From the human T2T-CHM13v2.0 reference genome, Homo sapiens: 64,000 nucleotides of DNA. Of this stretch, positions 55,631 to 64,000 are shown piece after piece; the first letter of the stretch is position 1, and each line of letters begins with the position of its first letter. Under the pieces are notes generated by a model that saw only the letters and a list, made by a program, of their open reading frames with translations, was not told the origin of the DNA and did no database searches. The position numbers were made by a program, and so were the translations under genes. The stretch lies in NCBI RefSeq assembly GCF_009914755.1, contig NC_060939.1. One strand, written 5' to 3'.

Positions 55631-56882
55631 AATATAAATCACTCTCTTATATTCCCATAAGAATTTGTATGCCAGGGAATGTTAGTGTAAGGGACACTGT
55701 TGAGAGACATACACACATCCCTCCTTCTGATATATTTGTTTGTGTGTATGTTATGACCAGCTTCATATGTGCCTTCCCCATGAGAAAATGCAGATGAAGT
55801 AATAAATGCAGCAGGTACCTCAAAACATATCAATGAAAGTCAGTTTGGCACTGAGCAGGAAAAATCCTGTTGAAATACCAATGATATTTAAAGGAAACTT
55901 TAAGGTACTTGACCCCTGCCCTTAAGCATGTGGTAATAATATGTTCCATCTAGTGTACTACGAGCCATATTCTGATCTTGCCATTTAAGCAATATTGAAT
56001 GTGCCCAGCCTGAGCAAAATAAAAGAAGGAAATTCAAAACAGATGTGACAATGGAAATTTCAGTATAACATCTATGGGAGATTTAATGATTCCTAGGTCA
56101 TACTACTCTCACATAACACCATCAGAAAATTCATAGCTGATGGTCTGTCATATAAATAAAATACATATATGCCTATTGTTATATTTATATTGATCATTTT
56201 CTCCCTTTTATCATTTCTTCTGGAGGTTATTATTTTAATGGAGACTACTTCTCCTTTAGGTCTGATAATTACATCTTTCTCTCCCAATGTACCAAATGTT
56301 GTATCTATTGGAATTTGTACAATTAATGCTAAATAATTAAATTAATATTATGTAGCCTTCATATTCACATTATATTGCCTGGTAATTGAAATTGTCTTCT
56401 CTCTACTTTCCTCCTTTATAAGGGAATGTATCAGCTTTATCTAAAGAAAAGTGTACATTTTGAGGAGTCTGGAAAATTACATTCTTAATTATGAGTATTT
56501 CTGAAAGATGTGATGAATGACCTTTGGCTGGTTTAGTACATTGTTTGCTTCATGCTCCAACATTGTTGAATAAGCTTTAAAGAAACTGAAGCATTAAATG
56601 GAAATGAAAAGACATCATAGCAGAACTTAGGAGATGTAGCAGAAGCCTTAATCAGAGGGAAATTTATTATTGTAAATACCTACATTTAAGAAGAAGCAAG
56701 CACCAAATCAGTAACCTAACTTCATACCTTAAGAAACAAGTAAAAGAAGAACAAACTAAATTGAAGAAAGCAGAAGAAGAAAGGAAATAACAAAAGATTA
56801 GAACAGAAATAAACAAAATAGAGACAAGAAGGACAATATGGAATCAACAAAATCAAAATTGGTTCTTTAAAAATATCAACAA

Positions 56883-57165
56883 GGTGACTCACACCTTAAT
56901 TCCAGCACTTTGAGAGACCAAGGCAGGAGGATCACTTGAGGCCAATTCAAGACCAACTGGGGCAACATAGTGAGACCCCATCTCTACAAAACAATTTAAA
57001 AATTAGCCAGGTGTGGTGGTGCACATCTAGTCCCAGCCACTCAGGAGACTGAGGTAGGAAGATCACTTGAACCTGAAAGGTTGAGGCTGCAGTGAGCCAT
57101 GTTTGTGCCACTGCACTCCAGCCAGAGCAACAGAGCAAACTCCTGTGTCAAAAAGCAAACAAAAG
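56883..57165 (+). mobile_element. AluJ in L1
   Basis: Dimer. Confidence 0.87.
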
Positions 57166-57484
57166 TAAACAAAAAGATCAACAGAATTGACAAACCTTTA
57201 GCTAGATTGACTGAGAAAAAAAAGAACAGTGTCAAATTACTAAAATCACAAATGGAAATAGAGGACATTACTACTGACTTTATAGAAATAAAAAGGATTA
57301 TAAGAGATTATTGTGAATAATTGTCTGCTAAAAAAATTGAATAATCTGGATGAAGTAGACAAATTCCTAGATATAAACACACTACCAAAACTGGCTTAAG
57401 AAGAAATAGAAAATCTGAACAGAGCTAAAACCAGTAAAGAAATAGAATTAGTAATAAGAATCCTCCCATAAAAGAAAAGTCCAA

Positions 57485-57778
57485 GGCAGGACCCAGTGGC
57501 TCATGCCTGTAATCCTAGCACTTTGGCAGGCTGACGTGAGAGGATCACTTGAGCCCTGGCGTTCAAGACCACCCTGGGCAATGTGGTAAGATCTGATGTC
57601 TACAAAACATTTTAAAATTAACCGAGTGTGATGGCATCCACCTGCAGTCCTAGCTACTTAGGAGGCTGAGGCCAGAGGATCACATGAGCCTGGGAGGTCA
57701 AGGCTGCAGTGAGCCATCATTGAGCCACTGCACTTCAGCCTGGGCAACAGAGTGAGACCGTCTCGAAGAAAAAAAGAA
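57485..57778 (+). mobile_element. AluJ in L1
   Basis: Dimer. TSD aaaagaaaagtcca. Confidence 0.88.
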
Positions 57779-58166
57779 AAGTCCAGGACCAAACAGCTTC
57801 ACTAGTGAATTCTACCAGTCATTTAAAGAAGAAATAATGCCAGTTCTTCCCAAACACTGCCTAATTAATTCTGTGAAGCCAGCATAATTCTGATACCAAA
57901 GTAAGACAAATATTACAGGATAAAGGAAATTACACATGAATATCCTTTTTGAATATAGATGTAAAAGTCCTCTACAAAAATACTAGCAGAGTGAATCCAG
58001 CAACGTATTGAAAAGATTATACATCACAGCTAAGGGAGTTTTATTCCAGGAATGCAAGGATAGTTTAGCCTATGAAAATTAGGCTGTGTAATTCTCACCA
58101 CACTAATAGAAAGAAAGGGGAAAAAAACCCATATGATTGTCTCAATTGATGCCAAAAAAGAATCTC

Positions 58167-58457
58167 AGCTGAACATGGTGGCTCACACCAGTAATTCCAA
58201 CACTTTAGGAGGCCAAAGCGGGCAGATCACTTGAGGCCAGGAGTTCAAGACCAGCATGGCCAACATGATGAAACTCTGTCTCTACTAAAAATACAAAAAT
58301 TAGCCAGGCGTGGTGGCACACATCTGTAATCCCACTCCTTAGGAGGCCAAGGCACAAGAATTGCTTGAACCTGGAGGTGGACGTTGCAGTGACCCGAGAT
58401 GATACCACTGCACTCCAGCCTGAGTGAGAGTAAGACTGTCTCCAAAAAAAAAAAAAG
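58167..58457 (+). mobile_element. AluS/J in L1
   Basis: Dimer with A tail. Confidence 0.88.
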
Positions 58458-58677
58458 ATTCTGACAAAATCCAACACTCTTTCATGATGATAACATTTAA
58501 CAAGCTAGAAATAGGAGGGAGGGAACTTAACTCCATTTGGTAAAGGTCATTTACAAAAAACCCACAGCTAATATACTTGTTGGTAACAGTGTGAAAACCA
58601 TCTCGCTAAGATTGGGAACAAAACAGTGTTTTCTACTTTTACTGATTACATTCAGCATTGTACTGGAAATTCTAAAC

Positions 58678-58900
58678 CAGGGGTATCCATTCTTTTGGCT
58701 TCCCTGAGCCACATTAGAAGAATTATTGTCTTGGACAGTACATCAAATACACTAACACTATGATAGCTGATGAGCAAAAAAATAATAATAATTGCAAAAA
58801 AATCTCATAATGTTTTAAGAAAGTTTACAAATTTGTGTTGAGCCACATTCAAAGCCGTCCTGGGCCACGTAACCCACAGGCTGTGGGTTGGACAAGCTTG
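58678..58900. mobile_element. MER30 (hAT-Charlie MITE)
   Basis: cagggg...tccattcttttggcttccctg...gggttggacaagcttg. 8-bp TSD ttctaaac at 58670 and 58901. Confidence 0.92.
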
Positions 58901-58916
58901 TTCTAAACAGATTAGT

Positions 58917-59390
<474 letters not shown>

Positions 59391-60064
59391 TTATTAGTAA
59401 TAAACCAAAAATAAAATTAAGAAAACAACTCCATTTACAATAGTATTTAAAGGAATCAAATACCTAAGAATTAATTTAATTTCTTTAATTTTTTTTTCAT
59501 TTCCCTTGAAAATCACTAAGAATTAATTTGAACATGAAATATAAGACTTGTACCCTGGAAACTACAAAACACTGCCAGAAGAAATTAAACAAGACTTAAA
59601 TAAATGTAAACACATCTGGTATTCAGTCCATTTGAACACTTAATATTAAGATGTCAGTATTCCCCAAAGCAATCTGTGGATTCAATGCAATACCCATCAA
59701 ACTTCCAATGGCTTTTTTTTGCAGAAATGAAAAAGTTGTTCCTAAATTTATATGGAATTTCAAGATCCCAAGTAGCCACAACAATACTGAAAAAGAACAG
59801 TGTTGGAGTAGTTACCCTTTCCAATTTCAAAACTTACTACAAAGCTACAGTTATTAAAACATATAGACCAATGGGATAGAATTTGGAGTCCAGAAGTAAA
59901 CCTAAACATCTATGGCCAATTGATTTTCAACAAGATACCAAAACTACTGAATAGGGAAATAGTATTATCTTCAATATATGGGACTGGGATAACTGGATAT
60001 CCACATGCAAAAGAATGAAGTTGTACTTCTTCATCACAACATATACAGAAATTATAATAATTAT

Positions 60065-60356
60065 CATTATTTTGAGACAGGGTCTCACTCTGTCACCTGG
60101 GCTGGAATGCAGTGGCATTATCATAGTTCATGCAGCCTTAACCTCCCAGGCGCCAGCGATCTTCCCACCTCAGCCTCCTGAGTAGCTGGAACTACAGGCG
60201 CACACCATCACACCTGGCTAATGGTTTTAATTTTTTGTAGAGATGGGACCGCCCTATGTGGCCCAGGCTTGTCTTGAACTCCTGGGTTCAAGAGATCTTC
60301 CTGCCTCAGCTTCCCAAAGTAATAGGATCACAGGCGTGAGCTGCCACGCCTAGCCT
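60065..60356 (-). mobile_element. AluJ in L1
   Basis: Antisense dimer. Confidence 0.88.
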
Positions 60357-62099
60357 ACAGTAATGAACTCAAAATGGATCAAGGACCTGAATATAAGAGC
60401 AAAAAACTATAAAATTCTCAGGAGAAAGTCTAGGAGTATATCTTTATGACCTTGAATTTGGCAGTAGATTCTTAGATACAACATCAAAAGAATCAGCAAC
60501 AATATAAAAATACTTCATTAAAATTGAAAACTTCTGTACATCAAAGGACATTATCAAGACAGTGAAAAGACAGTCTACAGAATGAGGGAAAATTTTGCAA
60601 TTCATATATCTGATAAGCCTAGTATCCAGAATATATAAACAACTCTTACAATTCAACAACAAGAAGATAACCCAGTTAGAAAATGGGCAAAGGACTTGAC
60701 TAGACATTCTTCCCAAGGAGATATTCTAGTGTACATCAAGCCCATGAAAAGATGCCCAATATCATTAGTCATTAGGGTTATGCGAATCAAAACCACTGCA
60801 AATGAGATACCACTTTGCCCCTCAAGGATGGCTGTAATTTAAAAAGCAAACAGAAACTAGGCAAGGATATGGAGAAATTGGAACCCTTGCACATTGCTAG
60901 TTGGAATGTAAAATAGTGCAGCCCCTGTGGAAAACAGTTTGGCAGTTCCTCAAAAAGTTAAACATAGAATTACACATATGACCCAGCAATTCCACTGCTA
61001 GTTATATACCCAAAAGAATTGAAAACAATTACTCAAATACTTGTACATGAATATACATAGCAGTACTATTCACAGTAGTTAAAAGCTGGAAACAACTAAA
61101 ATGTCCATCAGTGGGTGAATGGATAAACAGTTTGTGGTATAGCCATACTAAATGGAATATTATCCTAAAAAGGAATGAGGTACTTTGATACAAGCTGTAA
61201 TATAGATGAACTTCAAAAACATTCTAAATGTGAGAAGTCAGACACAAAAGGCCACATATTGTATGAGTCCAATTGTGTGGAATATCCTGAATAGGCAAAT
61301 CCAGAGAGACAGAAATGGATTAGTGGTTGCCATGGGCTAGGGGAGGGTGGAATGGAGAGTAAGTGCTTAATGGATCTGGAATTTCGTTTTGGGGTGATGA
61401 GACTGTTCTGAAACCTAGAGAGGTGATGGTTGAACAACATTTTGAATGTACTAAATGCCACTGATTTGAAATGAAATGAAAACATTCAGTGTTTATGTTA
61501 TATAAATTCCACCTCAACTTTTTAAAAAGCTCAAACACCAAAGAAAAGTCATTTAAATGAGAGTTTTTCTTGACTGTTAGACTGGAGGCAGAGATTGGGC
61601 TATTAGGGCTACTGTTCCAAAGCTCTGCTCCTGCTTTTTGACCAGAGCTGAGGTTTTATTTCTCAGTTCCTTTGTGATACTTGGTGGCTGAAACAACTAC
61701 TTTTTAAGAGTATGGTGATGGCAGTAAGGGGTATTAAATATATGATGGGGGATTCGTAAATGTACCAGAGGAATCACAGTTCTTTTCACTTGAGAGTATC
61801 TTCTCACGTGTATTCAACCCCCCTTCCTTTTGAGGTCTTCTTTCCCTCTCCTGTCTTTCAAGTCTCTGTGATCCTATTTCATCTCATCTACCAGAAATCT
61901 TGGTGCAAAATTCTGCCAAACTAACCTCGTTTGTTTTGTGAGAGGGTTACTGCATTAGTAGGTTAGAGCTGCTGAATCTCTGAATTATAAATGAAGCACT
62001 TCACAAAGTCTCATAATGTCACTGTAGCATACCTCAGAGCTCTCTCCTCACCCTTGTCATCCTGATGGGTTTTCTCTTAATCATATTTTTGATGCCTAA

Positions 62100-62300
62100 G
62101 ATATTAAAAAGGCTAGCATATACATTGGTTGACAGATTAAGAATCTGAAAAAGATGGGAATGGATGATAATGGTGGACGAAGTATAACAAGATGAATTTT
62201 ATCAGAGATAAATGTTAAGTCTTGTATTTGGGACCAAAAAGCACAAACTGAACAAGTACAACATTGGAGGGACATGACTTAATAGCAGCAGATGCAACAA
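62100..62300 (+). mobile_element. L3/CR1 fragment
   Basis: gatgaatttt...agataaatgttaagtcttgtatttgg...caagtaca...cttaatagcagc. Confidence 0.6.
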
Positions 62301-62448
62301 AATGAAGAACCACGTAAGCATGTGATCATTCTTAACCCCTTAATGCGAGCTAACATAAATAGATTGCTTAAATATAGTGTTAAAAAAGAGATGGTGAGGA
62401 GGACTCTCAAACCCATGTCATGAGACTCAAGTGAAAAAAGCAGGAATG

Positions 62449-62740
62449 GGCCAGCTGCAGTGGCTCACACCAGTATTCCCAGCTCTTTGTTAGGCCAAGG
62501 TGGGAAGATTGCCTGAGCCCAGGAGTTCAAGACCAGCCTGGGCAATATAGGGAGACCCTATCTCTACAAAAAACTTAAAAATTAGCTGGGTGTGGTGGCA
62601 CATGCCTGTAGTCCTAGCTGTTTCAGCAGGCTAAGAAAGGAGAATTATTTGAGCCCAGGTTCCAGGCTATAGTAAGCTGTGATCGTGCCCCTGCATTCCA
62701 GCCTGAGTGACAGAGCATAATCCATCTCTAAAAAGAAAAA
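62449..62740 (+). mobile_element. AluJ
   Basis: Dimer. Confidence 0.88.
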
Positions 62741-62888
62741 AGGAAAGGAAGAAGAACAGAATTTCTGCTGCCGTATGTGTTCATGAAAGTATTAAAGCAA
62801 AGACTAGTGACCATTTTTCAAAAATATTGATGATTAAAAAGTGTGATACCACACAGCCACTAAAGTGTCTTTCAACTCTAAGATTTTA

Positions 62889-63220
<332 letters not shown>

Positions 63221-63424
63221 GGCCGACAATGTGAGGGTGGAGAAAAAAAGAGAAAGTAGGTATGGGCTGAAAGCAGTGGTCTAATTGAATTCAAAACGTA
63301 CTTAATGGGTGCGTTCTAAGTTAAGACATTGCTGAAGTTGTAAATAATTCAGAAGTGATGAAATTTTCAGGTTTGGGTCAGTATCAGCAGGAAAATAACT
63401 TGTTTCCTTGGCCTTATTTTATAG

Positions 63425-63619
<195 letters not shown>

Positions 63620-63641
63620 TAATCTGTACTTCTGGCTATGC

Positions 63642-63955
63642 TTTTTTTTTTTTTTTCTTTCCGTTTCTTTGTTTAAGACAGCGTCTCACTCTGTTACCCA
63701 TGCAGGAATGCAACAGCACAATCTTGGCTTACCGCAGTCTCAACCTCCTGTGCTCAAGCCGTCCTCCCACCTCAGCCTCGCAAGTAGCTGAGACTATAGG
63801 CATGTGCCACTGTGCCTGGCTAGTTTTTTATTTTTTGTAGAGACAGGGTTTTGCCATGTTGTCCAGGCTGCTCTCGAACTCCTGATCTCAAGTGATCTGC
63901 CCACCTCAGCCTCCCAGAGTGCTGGGATTACAGGTGTGAACCACCGTGCCCAGCC
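63642..63955 (-). mobile_element. AluJ
   Basis: Antisense dimer starting at a T-run 81 nt after the 136-nt exon. Confidence 0.9.
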
Positions 63956-64000
63956 CTGTCTGTGCTTTTAATTAGAAGAGAGTTGGATTCGTGGGTATCA

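Overview
Human (or great-ape) intronic DNA from the TCF12 (HEB, class I bHLH/E-protein) locus, gene on the + strand. Two real coding exons are present, and the ORF track misses both. The first is 37686-37750 (65 nt, (G)[21 protein letters not shown]). The second is 63425-63560 (136 nt, [45 protein letters not shown]). They match canonical exons 6 and 7 as recalled. Most of the remainder is interspersed repeat: about 40 Alus, old L1M, MIR, L2, L3, MaLR/ERV1 solo LTRs, hAT MITEs and microsatellites. Many long ORF-track entries are repeat artefacts. The most interesting part is a repeat-free, motif-dense block at about 4400-6050. It holds a duplicated CCAAT+E-box module, an inverted octamer pair with a SOX site, and two ATG-initiated segments that end at phase-1 donors in frame with exon 6. 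One of these also has an acceptor that would make it an 87-nt stop-containing cassette. Together this suggests an enhancer/internal promoter/poison-exon module. Other notable items: a ~210-bp local templated duplication inside an AluJ, a 175-nt pure A/T tract, and inverted Alus bracketing each exon. No prokaryotic-type systems, RNA genes or CRISPR arrays were seen. Repeat subfamilies and boundaries were called by eye and are approximate.
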